Source of the DNA: Podarcis tiliguerta
Lineage: Eukaryota
DNA: 64,000 nt
Assembly (NCBI GenBank): GCA_965153285.1
Contig: OZ229114.1
Direction: 5' to 3' (one strand)
Under the pieces are notes generated by a model that worked only from the letters and a program-made list of their open reading frames with translations, had not been told where the DNA came from and did no database searches. The translations under genes were made by a program, and so were the position numbers. Each line of letters opens with the position of its first letter. Position 1 is the first letter of the stretch. Shown here piece by piece: positions 35,628 through 49,151 of the stretch.

Positions 35628-38297
35628 GATTGCACAATGGGGAGAGCTGAGAGCTGAATTTTTGGCCTGGGCCAAATTTGAAGAGAATCTCTGGAAAAGG
35701 AGAGCTAGCAAGGACTAAGAAATTCCAGACTGAGAAATAATACAGTGAAGATGAGAGCAGAAATGCTACCACAGGGTAAAGTTATGTGGGAACAGCCCTC
35801 ATTCTCCTTCATCAATAGACCCTGGTTTCGACCCATTCTGAGGATCTCTTTGAGGGGTGGCTCCAGGTTTGAGTCTGATCTCTGCCAAGTACCATTCTGT
35901 GGGGGAGCCTTCCTGTATCACTGAGATCCTGTGTGCTTATCCATTTATGTAAGCTGCAATGGGCACCAGGTGGCTTGGGCCTACTCTTAAATTTTCCCAC
36001 AATGCCCCAGATCAGCGCTATACCAGCAGCATTATGGGAAATCAAAATGGCTGTCAGCTGCCTAAGGTTTTCGGGCCTAGCACACACAAAAATGGCTCCA
36101 CTCTGCACGTGTGATGTTTTGCATCCCCCCCCCCCCAAGTTCATTTATGAAAAAAAGAAAGAAGAGAGAACATGCTTTCTGACAGCCAGCTGTGGCGGGG
36201 AATGGGTTGACTTTGTAACCTTATACACCCAAGCTGCAGGCAAAAGTTTAAGCTGCTGGAACAACACCCATTTTGTCTTTGGTTGGCAACAGCTGTACTT
36301 GGCTGGCAAAGCTTTGTGCTGGCAGGTCGGGTTTCATGCCATGCATAAGGCGAGCGTGAAGCCTGACTCACTGGGTGTGGTCCTTAAAGAACACAGAGCA
36401 GACCAAACAAGCTCAGAATAGCAACACCAGAGCTGCCTTCTCCTGGCTTTTGCAGGGACTTTCAACTCGGTAACTGTGTGAGACTCCTTAATCACTGCTG
36501 CTGCTAGTCCCCATCTGAAGATGATGGTGCCAGTAAGGCCATGTACACAATACCATTTACTCTGGCTCTGGTGCATTGTTTCAAAATGCAAGACGCATGG
36601 GGCAAGGCATTGCTTGGAGGCCAGATCCACGGCCCCTGCGGTTGCCTGACCTTGCCTCATGGGTGGACCAGCCCTGCTGGACCCTTTAAAAGGCTACGCA
36701 CAGCGCTCGTTTGGCCGTGGCATTCATCAAGGGTTTAAATTCCTATGGATGGCAGGGGATCGAGGCTGCGGCATTCATGTGTGGCTGTGCTAACCTTTAG
36801 ATGCTCTTTAAAACCTTCAAAGAGAATCAAATGATGCACACAGATTCACAATGCCGTTTTCAGTCAACTCACCAGACAGGCTAGGGCTAGTTATGCTCCT
36901 TTGTTATTCCTACAGGCTTAGTTTCCCTTCCAGGCTTACAAAAAAAAAAAAAAAGCACGGGGGGGGGGGTGAGTGGTCTGCTTCTCCTTGAGGGCTGAGC
37001 TAGCTTTATCCACGCACCACCCCTTCCCACTTTATTTATTTGTCATTTCCATTTCTAGCCTGCCCTTCATTAAATTAACGACCCCAGAATTAGGTTGCAA
37101 CGTGGAGGAGAAATCACGGGTGCAGCTTTGTTGTCAACTCAGGGGCACAGTGTGGGGAGGGCTGCTGGGGCAAATGCTCTGGGTGCATTTTTTTGGGGGG
37201 GGGTGCCACTGCTCCCACCGCCCTCCCTGAGCCAGCCTTTCACTGCTTTGCGAAGCTGGGATCTGATTAGATCTCAGCTTTGCAAAGTACCTCAGGGAGG
37301 GCGGCCTGAGAAGGATGCAGCAGCCACATGCCCTTTGACCCCGGCCACACAAGGTGGCAAGGCTGGGATCAAGAGGTACATGGCTAATATGCCCTTCTCC
37401 ATGCCACCCTCCTCAGATCCGAGCTTCACAAAGCCACTCAGGGAGCCTGGCATGAGGATGCAACAGCTGTCCAGAGGCATCAAGAGCTGGGCAGGCTGGG
37501 CTTCCTCCGTTCCTCACCTCACTTCTGGCACGCATGCGCAAAGACACGTACCCACCCTGGGCACAAGGAGAAAAAAATTGCCTGGCCAGATGATTTTTGG
37601 CTTTGCGGTCAACTGGCAGCAAATTCAAATCCCCAGCACTACCTCTTTTTGAAAAACAACAACAGTATACCTTAAGTTTGAGCTTGTCTATAGCTGACCA
37701 ATGTTTGAAGGGCTACCTCTGCATTTAAATGTGTAGTTGCAGTGGGAGGAAATCACACTATGCTTGTGTTAACACAACCAAGCAAATCTGTGGTGGAAGA
37801 TTTCATACCACTCTGTGGATAGTATTCATACTCCCCTCCATTATTATTATTTTAAAAACTAACACCATACCACTTTCATACAGTCCAAAGACTCCTTTTA
37901 TTTAATACGTGGATAAACTTGAAAGTCCACACTTTCAGTTACGCCACACAGATACACAGCAACCCTCTCCCACAAATACCTATTTTCAAGTTTTACTGGC
38001 CTCTACCTAACAAATCAAGGGATATTTGGAATTCTGGCGAAACAGGTCACTTGAAAACATAATTACAAAACAACAACAAAGATTTGAGGATCAGTTCCAA
38101 ATGAGCTGGCTGTTTGAGGCACACTCCCAGTAGTTGTTTGTTTGCTAAAAAAAAAAAAAAATGTTCATGCTACATTAGACCTAGTTTGTTGCAATACATA
38201 CTGATATGCAACATGATATGCAGAATTATTTGATAGCAACTGATCTGTGATCATAATCATAATCAAGATTGATTGATTGAATCCCCTAGTGTGAACT

Positions 38298-38717
38298 AGA
38301 GGTGGGTGAATCTGTCCATTTCAGTTTCTCTCCTTTTCTCATTTTTCCATTCTTAAGTTCAGTTCTCCAAATTTCTGTGATTTTTTTTTAAAAAGCCCTC
38401 ACGAAAATTCACCAGTATTTGAATGTGAATTTCCCCTCATATGCTGTTTTGCCTAATACACACATTTTAACAAAGCAAATTCCCTAAATTGGTGTGTTTT
38501 TGTATCTTATCTTCACAAATATTGATGCATTTTTATGGACGCTTTTACCTCAGCGTGTGGATGTATGTCAACATTATTTGGCTTATGTGCACCACAAAAT
38601 TCAGAATAGGTGTGCATTTTGATGGATGGCTGTGTTTCAGTTCTTGTATTATTTCAGAAGGTGCAAAGTAAGTTTGCCCCAAAATGCAAACTGAACCAAG
38701 CTTTTCCACTTTCCCTA
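38298..38717. mobile_element. AT-rich hAT-like MITE (TAGRG TIR family)
   Basis: Homologous to 56085-56532, about 60985-61410 and about 3180-3450. Confidence 0.65.
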
Positions 38718-39279
38718 GCGTGGATGCAGACTTAGCTGATTTAGGAGGTACCAACCTCTTATGCAAAACTACCCGAAGTCAAGTCCAAAGAACAAAATGT
38801 CCAGCTTAGGTGAAGAGGTGGGTGGTGGTGGGTTTGTTGTGCAAGTGGGCCAAATCCATTTTAATTAGGCAACCGCAATTTTCTGGAATGCGATCGAATC
38901 CTCCCTACAAAATAGCAACTGTCTAGAAACGCCTCCCCCCCCCCCCCAAAACCCTTTCTCCTCTCTATTCCCACCTCCCCACACGGAAAAAAATGCCCTC
39001 TAAAAGGCTTTTGTGTTGTACATTTGTACGGGCTCTCACCATGCCACTTATCTGAAGTGCCTTATTGTCTTGGATTCAGGAATCTCTGATCCCTTTGTGT
39101 GGGGATGAATGACTCATCTGCACTTTGCCTAAGTATGCCTTTGCTGTACATACTGTCATGCTACTGTGAATGTCAATTGAAGGGGCTCGCCCCCCCCCCC
39201 CCGTTTGTTTTTTTACAAAAAGAAAAGCACAAGGATCACTGAAAACAAGCCTGAAAATACCTTTTCCTCCATTTTACAG

Positions 39280-39321
39280 GGACCAAAACCAAAGAGGGCG
39301 TAGTGCAGAGTGTCACTTCAG
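39280..39321 (+). CDS. SNCG: Gamma-synuclein coding exon 2
   Basis: ttttacag|GG ... G|gtaag; 42 nt; (G)TKTKEGVVQSVTS. Confidence 0.98.
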
Positions 39322-39787
39322 GTAAGATCATTGCAAATTTCCACGTTATGTATTGAATTAGCAGCTTCCATTTTATGCCTTCGGTTCACTTCCATGAGTG
39401 GCTTTTTTTCTTATACCTGTGACTACACTTACACTCTTTGACTACACTTGTTCCCAACAGAATGGCAAGGTTGCAGGTTCGATCCCCATAAGGGACAGCT
39501 GCATATTCCTGCATTGCAGGGGGTTGGACTAGATGATCCTCAGGGTCCCTTCCAACTCTATGTTTCTATAAGATTCTGTGAGAGCTGACAGAAAACATCG
39601 CCACTTTTGGAGCAAGCCACTATTTTGAAAAAAGGCAGCACCAACAACCATATCAACAAGCCACTTACTTTTGCTTCAGTAGAAGTGGCAAGACTTTTAC
39701 CAAAAGTTTATAATTAGGTCTCCCCCTAATGGGAGAATAGTTTGCACTGTAGCTCATCAGATCTGCCTATTTCTATTTTATGTTTAG

Positions 39788-39915
39788 TTGCTGAGAAGAC
39801 CAAAGAACAAGCCAACCTGGTGGGGGAATCTGTAGTGGCCAGTGTCAACACTGTGGCAAAGCAGACCGTAGAAGGAGCAGAGACCATTGTCACCACCACT
39901 GGGGTTGTACAAAAG
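39788..39915 (+). CDS. SNCG: Gamma-synuclein coding exon 3
   Basis: tgtttag|TT ... AAG|gtagg; 128 nt; (V)AEKTKEQANLVGESVVASVNTVAKQTVEGAETIVTTTGVVQK. Confidence 0.98.
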
Positions 39916-42407
39916 GTAGGCCAGAACTTAAGCATCACAAACACATGTTCCCCATACTGGGCTTGCCAGGTAAAGCCCATGGTGGGGTATTTGTAGGGGA
40001 AAGTAAGCAGGCCAGATGGATGAAGAACTCCTCACCGCTAACAACCTCGCCTCTCATCCTCCAGTCATCTGAGAAATAAACCTGGTGAACTCCACATACT
40101 TCACACAACATCTACCATTGTCCCTGACCACTGGTCAGTCTGGGTGGAGCTGATAGGAGTTGTAGTCAAAAACCAGGCTGAGGAAGGTTGGTATAGATAG
40201 TTAGCACTCTGGGAAATGTCCTTGGGCTGTGTACACTATAGTTTAAAGCACATTCTTCCTCTCAAGGAATTCTGGGCACTGTAGTTTATCCTTCACAGAG
40301 TTACAATTCCTGGCAACCCTTAACAAACTACAGTACCCAGAATTCTTTGAGGGAGGAAAAAGTCCTTCAGATGTGCTTTGAAGGTTTAGTGTGTAAGCAG
40401 CTTTAGATGACATGGGGGAAAAGAACAGGTGTTCTCAGTCCCAGGATGGCTATATGCATCTTCTTGGGGGGGGGGGGCAGGAGAGCACCATCATTGCCCA
40501 GAGTTCTTACACACTCCTCTTACAGAGTCTTCATTTTCTGCCTAGCATCTTGACAGAGAAGATGTTTGTGCTTCAGGGAAAACACAAAGCCTTTCTTTCC
40601 TGCCCTGGCATGTGTGAATTTCAGTGCCAAACAACCTCCATTTAACTGTTCTCGTCTCAGAACGGGGATCAACTTTTCCATTCAGATGATGCGGCACAAA
40701 GCTTGCTTGCTGCAATGCAGGCACCGACCACGCATTCACCAGCCAATGCTTGCTCAATTTGTAACTGAGCAGCGGACGCTGGACCAATTAGGCAGACAGC
40801 AGATGCTTGGCCTTGTTTTGCTGCATCGCCTCAGTTCCATTACAGTTTTATTAAGGCTCAAGCCAAAGACCAGAACACGTCAAAAAATAGGTGATAAAAT
40901 CACAACACACCCGGCGATAACACATATATATCCTAAAATACAATTTAAGAACAATTGATTCAGTAGATTCTCTGTGACATAGCCCTGAAACAAAACTGGC
41001 TGGAGTTTTTCCTCGCAGAGCATTGAAAGCTATGGATCGCATTTAAAAGTCACATGGTGCAGGCAGTGGCAGACATAGAGCAAAGACAACTATCTTATCT
41101 TATTGCCTGTGTAAAGATAGCAACATCAGAGGCAAAGGAACATATTCTCACCATCTTCAAAAATGCCACTCTTCAGTGGATTAAAAATGTGTGTGTATTG
41201 TGGCTGCCCCCATCCTCTGCCACTTCTGGAAGTTCCACTGTGGGCATGAGCTCTGGTATTAGTGTGTGTGGACAATTTTTGAGACACAAGTTTTCCACCA
41301 AACCAGACTTGAACAAAACAGTGGATTAATGTTTAAAAATTACACGTGTGGTCTCACCAAGTCTCAGAAAACTGAGGTCCATCATGGGCACGCATTCAGG
41401 TATCCTTTTTACCTGTGGACGTGGCCAATTTTGTATTTTATTTTTGAGATACAACTGAAGTGCTGGCTCCCACTTGGATGAGGACAACATGAAAAGCATG
41501 CCCACACAGGATGCAGCAAATCGGCAGCCACACTTCCACAGCCCTAAGTTTTTGGTATATGCCTGAATCCCTCTCGCAAAATAGTGACAGTCTGCAGACA
41601 GCCAGTGCAAAATATTGGGAGGGCATGTGAAGATAAAGGAATGATGGAAAGGCTCCTGTTTGATACAACCATAGGCACTGCCCTGTCGTGTTCGGAGTTT
41701 GTGCTTCTAACCGGGGAAAACTTGTGAAGTTATAAGAGAAGAGAGGAGAGAGAGGAATTAAATTAAATATATATTATGCAAGCTGACACTCCTTCATCCT
41801 GGAAATGTGTCGGACGCTACTGTTCCAGTTCAGAGAAAGAGAAAATCTCAAGAGGCTTGTTCCTGCCTGGTTAAAAATAGATTGGTGAGTCAGAGAAGTA
41901 AAATCATGGTGTGCGGAATGCGGCCTGAGAAACAAACAGAAGAAGATTCTCAAGCACGTCACTCATCATTAGATACGAGCTGAGCATGCTGGGCAATCGC
42001 AGGCATCTGATTAATTAGTTATATGTTAATTTGATTTTTTAAGCCGTTCTCCATGAACCCTGTTCCCAAGGGTGGTTTACCATACCAAAGGTTGATGAAC
42101 TGAAACCACAAAATGCCCCAACTTGTGTAAAACGTATTTGAAAAAAATCAAGAACCGTACATGGACATTGGCTAATTTCACTAGCCTTATTGAATCAAAG
42201 GCCTGGATGGAAGAGAGAGGTTCAAAAGCCTGATGGAAATCGTGTCAGCTGCACATCCAAAGAAGGGGGTTCCATAGAAGAGGGGCCACTACAGAGGAGG
42301 CTCTAACATGTGCCATTGCATTATGGGTTTCACCCAGTAACGGGACATTTTAAACACACACTTGTCCTGTTCCCATATAAAGAAGGGTGTGTGTGGGTGT
42401 GGGGGGG

Positions 42408-42440
<33 letters not shown>

Positions 42441-43326
42441 TTCCCCAAAAGGAGCATGTAAGAGAAAAGTATAAAACCTTTCCTTACCTTGCTGTGCTCC
42501 ATAGATTTAAGCAATTCCCTCTCTTCCCAGCTCACTAGTACTATCTGGGGAAAACAGCTTAAAAGCACATTAAGGAGACATAGGATGGGTTTTGCTCCTC
42601 TTCTTCCACCAGCACATGCTCCTTCTTTTCAAATGCATTTCAAACCCCCTTGGCTTTACAGAGGAATGAATGCTTAAAATACGCAGTTGCCCAACGTACC
42701 CAGCTTAGCCCTGTCAGAGAGTGACATTTCTTACTGATCCTCAGCCTCAGTGTCCTCAGTCTAGTCCTCACCAGCCTTCAAATTTGTGTTCAGATTCAAA
42801 TTTGAAATTCCAAATGAGGCAATTTATCAGTGTGCATGTTTCATTTCTGAACCTGAATATTTCGGGTTCTATCTATCTATCTAGTTCTTTACTTGAATAC
42901 ATATTATCACCACCACAAACCCACCACAAACCATACGTTTCAAAAATTCAACAGTAAACATACAAGGTCCAGTTAGAGGGAAATTATGTATGCAGTACAC
43001 AATTGTAGGCAACCGCCAGAAAAAGCACAGAATGGGATACTGGGACCCGGCTTCTCGATAAACCCCCATTTTAATTTTGAAAACTAAAGTTCCATTGCAG
43101 GAATGGGAAAGCTGTGGCCCTCCAGACGGAACGTCAGTTGCCATGAGCCCCAGCCAGCATGACCAGCGGACAAGGTTGATGGGAATTGTAGGCCAGCGAC
43201 ATTTGGAGGGCCACAAATTCCCCATCCCTGATTCATAGGCTTCGTAGTATTTGAGCAATCAATCAATATACTGCCCTTCACCCAAACATCACGGGAGGGG
43301 GGTTACAACATAAAGGAACAAAATGC

Positions 43327-43376
43327 TAATAATAATAATAATAATAATAAGAAGAAGAAGAAGAAGAAGAAGAAGC
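43327..43376. repeat. (AAT)n(AAG)n microsatellite
   Basis: Direct reading; a similar compound repeat lies at 34847-34893. Confidence 0.9.
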
Positions 43377-44869
43377 CACACACTCCACACACATTTAAAA
43401 GGCCATAGAATTGACCAGAATGTGTGGCACGTCTCAGGAGCCAAAGAGGAATGTCAATGCAATTGCGAGTGGTTCCATTGACCCTCCCTGTGGTGTGTTA
43501 GTCTGCCTGTGTCTCAGATCTACCTATGTATATATAGAGATATAGGAGCTGCAACAGAACAGGACGAGGAGGATGTGCTAGGAAGGAGCAGCAGGGGAGG
43601 AAGGAGGAAGCAGGCACAATAGCCAAGCTTCCCCCTGGTGGCTCAACAACTGGCGATGACCTACTCTCAAAACAATAAATATACTGACCTACTGGCTTGA
43701 GGAAGGGGAAAACACCATGGGGACAGCGACCATTATTTATAGGGGCTGTGAGAACTAGATGGAACTAATCTAGGATTGTAACACAGGCTCTAACAGTTTC
43801 TGTTTGGCAAATATCCATTCCCCTGCCCCTAACACCCCACTCGAGCGCCATCAGAAACCTTCTAGAACAGTCCAAATTCCTGTAGTTATTATGTCATCTC
43901 TCTGACCAAGCTGAACAGAGCATCTGTTCTTGCTAGTCACCAAAGTGCCCCTTCGCCGGAGGTAAAAGAATGAATATGCATCCAAGCAGGAAGAGGAAAT
44001 GGGTATGTGAGCCCAGCTAGCCAGGTCTGCTGCTGCCTGGGGGTCTGGTCATGGGGAGCTGGTTCAATGCCTTCCATTGCCAGCCTGATTTTCCTTTGAG
44101 GTTGCCAACTCCCCCCTGCTCCCCCCCCCCCCGCTGCCGCCATAATGGACTGGCTTGCTCTTGAACACTGAACAGCTTGGCATTCAGAAATCAGCAGGTG
44201 ACACTGTGGGGAGGTAAACAGTTTGCCTGGCTGATGTCTGCACAGCAAGATGGTGGAAGCTGGTTGGAAAGCTGCCAGACTTCATTTTTGTCGCAAGAAC
44301 GTTGCATAACCTTGAAAGGGATTCAGCAATAACCCTGCTAAGGAGAGACAGTGAGGCCAAGTGGGCAGAGATCTTTTGAGATCTGGATCCAGAGAAGTCT
44401 CACTTCAGCCTTTTTTCCCTGCTGATAAAAAAACAAACAACTCTGCAATAGTTCCTCAATATGCTTCTGCAGTATGTTCCTATTTTCTAGGGATAGTCTC
44501 GGGTTTACAGAAGCCGTCCCGGTTTCTGATTTGATCCCGGAAGGTTCTGCTTTTCCTTAGGACGTCCTTATTTTCACCGGATAAATGTTGGAGGGTATAG
44601 AGTTATGTGACCCACCAAGCCAATGAAATAAGTAACTATACAAACTTTAGAAGACATCTGAAGGCAGCCCTGTATAGGGAAGGTTTTTTTTTTTAAATGT
44701 TTAATGTTTTATTGTGTTTTTATATATGTTGGAAGCTGCCCAGAGTGGCTGGGGCAACCCAGTCAGATGGATGAGGTATAAATTATCATTATTATGGATT
44801 CACCGGAGAAATGTTGGAGGGTCTGCTCTTGCCCTCCTAATGCTTTGCCTTGTGGTTTACGTCCCACAG

Positions 44870-44962
44870 GAGGACTTAGAGCACCCAGTGGAATTTGAAG
44901 AGCCACCTGCTGCCACTGCTGAAGATGACGCCCCAGTGGAAGCCACAGAAATCAGTGCAGAG
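44870..44962 (+). CDS. SNCG: Gamma-synuclein coding exon 4
   Basis: cccacag|GAG ... GAG|gtaaag; 93 nt, phase 0-0; EDLEHPVEFEEPPAATAEDDAPVEATEISAE (the EDL start is typical of SNCG exon 4). Confidence 0.92.
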
Positions 44963-46411
44963 GTAAAGCACAGCCACAGCCCAGCTAACCCCAGAATCCT
45001 TGGCTGGTCTGGGGTTTTTCTCGCCATCTATTGCTCTTTCCTTACTTTCTCTGTGCTGAGCTGGTTTCCATTTCTTTTCTGCATACAGGTGATTTCAGAT
45101 CTTTTCTCTGCTGATCATAATGCCAAAAATACTCCCCTTTCGTTTGTCTTTCCAGCTACAAGCCCATTCCTGGCCTGTCTGGCTGGAAGCAGATAGTTGT
45201 CATCAAAATAAAATAAAATAAAAATAATGCCCTGTCCAATAGTTGGAAGTGGGTCAGATTTTCTCCCCATTGCATACATGCACATTTACTTTGTCCCAGG
45301 CTGTGAAAACATACCCCCCCCCCCAATCCTGGGAACTGTAGTTTACTTCTCATACTGCAACCATTCCCAGCATTCTTATCAAACTACAGTTCCCAGGATC
45401 CTTTGCAGGGAAACTCACGTGCTTTAAATGCATGGTGTGTATGCAGCCCCAGTGCTGCATCTCGGCAAATGGGTTTTACAGATTTCTCAAATGATGCAAA
45501 ACCCTAACTTTTCTATCAAATTTAAGAGTAGAACAGTGTACATAGCACAAACTGCCTGCAGCTTGGGGTGGGGTCAAAAAAGAACGACTATCTGTTTCCA
45601 GTCTTTGCTTACTAACCTCAAACTACTTACTGGGATGATTCTAGAATGAGTAGTTTGTAGCTTAAGAGCTGACTTTGATGGAGCATTTTTTCTGGACCAA
45701 GTGACCCCTTGATAATGCACTGGGCGTATTTGTTTGTGCATATATTAAATCTTAGCATATATCAACTTTTTTCACTATTTCATTTTTTAAAACCATTTTT
45801 TAAAATTAAGTTTCAAATGCAACTTTTTTCCAAACTACAAACACACACAATATAAATCATTCATCCATGGGCAGGTAAGAAATTCCAGATATAATTCATA
45901 ACTCCATTCGAATCCTATATGAATATACCAAATCTATCACTTTAACCAAAAAGGGTGTTAGAAGAAATACTTTGCAAGGAAGGAAAATTTGTAATTCAGG
46001 TTCATTATAGCCTATAAAACTAACTGAGTCACATTCTGGTGGACCTAAGTTCCAGGAGAACAAAACCTAGAAGGTTAACCAGAGGGAAAATGGCTAGCTC
46101 ATAGGATCCCTAGTACAAGCCAATAACGTTAGCTGATGCAAAGCTCAGAAGGTACCTTCAGCACATTTTGGGGAATGGTACATCTCAGGAAAAGTTAGTG
46201 TGGCGTTCTTTGGATTTGTTGGACTCCATTTCCCATCCGTCCCGGTCATCATGGCTGATGGCCAGAAACGATGGGAGTTGGAGTCCAACAATATCTGAAC
46301 TGCCAGCTTTCCCCCTTCCGTGACTGAATAAAGCAAATGAACTCAGGTATCTCGGGTGCTTACTGCAGCTTGTCCCCATTGTTTTGCCACACCATTTCTT
46401 GATCAGGTAGT

Positions 46412-46686
46412 GCCGCCAGTGTGGTGTAGTGGTTAAGAGTGATAGACACGTAATCTGGTGAACAGGGTTTGCTTCCCCGCTCCTTCACATGCAGCTGCTG
46501 GGTGACCTTGGGCTAGTCACACTTCTCTGAAGTCTCTCAGCCTCACTCACCTCACAGAGTGTTTGTTGTGGGGGAGGAAGGGAAAAGGAGGTTGTTAGCC
46601 GCTTTGAGACTCCTTAGGGTAGTGATAAAGCGGGGTATCAAATCCAAACTCTTCCTCCTCCTCCTCCTCCTCTTCTTCTTCTTCTC
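46412..46686 (+). mobile_element. Squam3-type SINE
   Basis: Near-identical to 6581-6835; (CTC)n(CTT)n tail. Confidence 0.8.
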
Positions 46687-47710
46687 ATCCTGTGCCACCA
46701 ATTAAGGTGGGTTTTTGGGTGTGTCTCTGTGTGTGCCCTTCTTCCCAAGAGCTTGCTTAGTGATAGCACACCAAGTCCTCATGTTAGTCCTCAGCTGGGG
46801 ACCCCGCCGATGGTGTCCTTCCAGGTTGGAGAGACAGATGAAGGTGATTTCCATTTGACACCCCAACCCAATAGGAAGGAGGACAGTGGAGAATCCCATA
46901 AATACAAAAAGGAAAGAAGAGAAATAAACCAGGAATGTGGGTAGGTGCCTTGTCTGCCAGCCAATCATCAGAGGAGATTCCAGCAGCTGCCCTCCGCTCA
47001 CTGCTATAGCTCAGAGCAAGTGAGTAGCAGAGCATAAGACAACCAGCTGCTGCAGAGCAGGGACTAGTTGCTGATGGTGGTGCAGAGCCAGTCTACATCT
47101 ACAGAACCCTCAAACAAAGTTAATTTGCAAACTGAATTGTTTACAAGGGAATTGTATCCGCTGAACGGTAGCTGAATGGCTCTGTGATTCTTCACTGATC
47201 ATTCATTTAGAAACACATTCTGCCTAAGCAGGAGCCTCCAACTTCAACGCCAGATTTCCAAAGAAAGTTATACGACGCTGTTACTCTGTCCCACCCACTG
47301 TTGGCCCCGACTCCCGACTGACGCATCCCGTGAGTCAACACCAGGGCAGACCTAAGACATTCTGCTGCCTGAGGCAAAGGACAACATGCCCTTCCCCTGA
47401 CCCCACCCATTCCATTTACAAAAACCTGACAGGAATGGCATTTGAAGCATCCTTCAATACTGGCAATAGAAAACATGGTTGGAAATACGCCACCCTGTGA
47501 AAGGCCAGCATTTGACTTCCTTCCCCAGCTCTCTTGGCTCTGGCTTAAGTCAGGCTTTGAGAAGGAAGTGTGAGGCTCTGACAGGGTCCTAGAGGCCTCC
47601 TTCATCCTTCTCAAAGTCTGGTAAGTGCTTGCCCAGCTTTGGGAAGGAGGCAGAAGGATTCTAGGATCCTGTCGGAGCTCTCACAACTCCTTCCTGCAGC
47701 CAAGCAAGTA

Positions 47711-48159
47711 CCGTATTTTTCGCACCATAGGACGCACCGGACAATAGGACGCACTTTGTTTTAGAGGGGGGAGGCGCTGCACAGAGAGGGGGAGAACTTT
47801 CCCCCTCTTGTTTTCCCGCTCTAAAACAAGGTGCCGTTTAAGGTGCGTTCAGGCGGCTACCTTGGAAGCCTGGAGAGCGAGAGGGGTCAGTGTGCACTGA
47901 CCCCTCTCGCTCTCCAGGCTTCAGGTTACTTTCGACCTGCTTTTTGGGACTGGTGGGGGGAAGCCCACCACCAGCCCCAAAGAGCAGGTCAGGGAGCAGC
48001 AGAAAGGCACAGCAGAGAGGCTCCTGCCATAGTCGCGCGTCACCTCTCCAGCCGGGAGAGGGTCGTGGGGCTATGGCGTCTTCGCTCCATAGGATGCACA
48101 CACATTTCCCCTTCATTTTTGAAGGGGAAAAAGTGCGTCCTATAGAGCGAAAAATACGG
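47711..48159. mobile_element. Tc/mariner (pogo/Tc2-like) MITE, complete
   Basis: TA|CCGTATTTTTCGC ... GCGAAAAATACGG|TA. Confidence 0.9.
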
Positions 48160-48226
48160 TACTTACCAGACTTTGAGAAGGTGCCCTCCTCGGCTGTGCA
48201 GCCATACTGCTCGCCTTGCCCTAGCA

Positions 48227-48469
48227 CAGGGGTTGGCAAGGTTGACCTCGCCTGGGCTGATTCACTCCAGGGGAGACCACTCTGTGGGCTGGATCGGGTG
48301 CGCATCTGCGCAGACGAAATTTCTGGCACTGCGGAAGCAAGTCCCTGCGCTGCGTCGGTTTAGCGCAGCGCACTGGGACTTGCTAAGCGGGTGGCTCGGT
48401 TCGGGGACTGGTTAAATGACCCCCCCATGGGCCACTTGTGGCCCAAGGGCCTTAGGTTCCCAACCCCTG
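48227..48469. mobile_element. hAT MITE
   Basis: caggggttgg / ccaacccctg TIRs; TSD ccctagca/ctctagca. Confidence 0.85.
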
Positions 48470-49130
48470 CTCTAGCACACCTGGGGGCAGCAAGCTAGTG
48501 TAAGGGGTACAGGACAAGCTGTGTGATGCACCCAGCCCTGTCCTCATACAAGGTGGATTGCCTAGGAGTTCAGGAGGAACAGCATCTGTTGTCTGAGGCA
48601 ATTGCTCAATGGAAGAGCCAAGCTACCCTAGAGGAAATGTATCTAGGATGTCCGCATTCAGCAAATTTCAGGCACACACGGTAACATATAAATATATACA
48701 CACACACACACATGCACCTCCAGATTTCTCAGGGTCATTCCACATTTTCATTTTTCTGCATAACAAATATATTCTTTCTCGTTGATGCAAAGGGTGAAAT
48801 ATCTCTTTTCTGACATTGGGACTTTTGCTGAGGAGGGTGTCTACTCAGCACACTTTATTGTTTGTTTATTCCTATGGCGCCACTAAAATAACCACTTACA
48901 TGCCTGATCATAAATATCAACATGTATGTTGCCTGGCAGAGTGGGGAACCCCTCCTACGGTCTACTTACTCATTGCATTTGATGACCGCTCATTCAGAGG
49001 CATGTTTACTGCTCCTTTTCAAAACTTTCTGCATGTGTATAGAGATCTTGCTTTCCCCTCTGGCTTCGGAGTCGACTTGGATTTTGGTGGGGGGCAAATT
49101 AACCTGTTTTCTTGTTTCTCTTCTTCCCAG

Positions 49131-49151
49131 GGCGAAAATGAAGGAAATTAA
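49131..49151 (+). CDS. SNCG: Gamma-synuclein coding exon 5 (terminal; GENEGN-stop)
   Basis: Long polypyrimidine tract ...ttcttcccag|GGC GAA AAT GAA GGA AAT TAA; GENEGN matches the sauropsid SNCG end as recalled; total CDS 405 nt = 134 aa. Confidence 0.93.
   Translation, partial: GENEGN

Noticed and set aside
39280-39321. SNCG has Q50 and T53, equivalent to the alpha-synuclein Parkinson variants H50Q and A53T
   Set aside because: These residues are normal for gamma-synucleins; not novel
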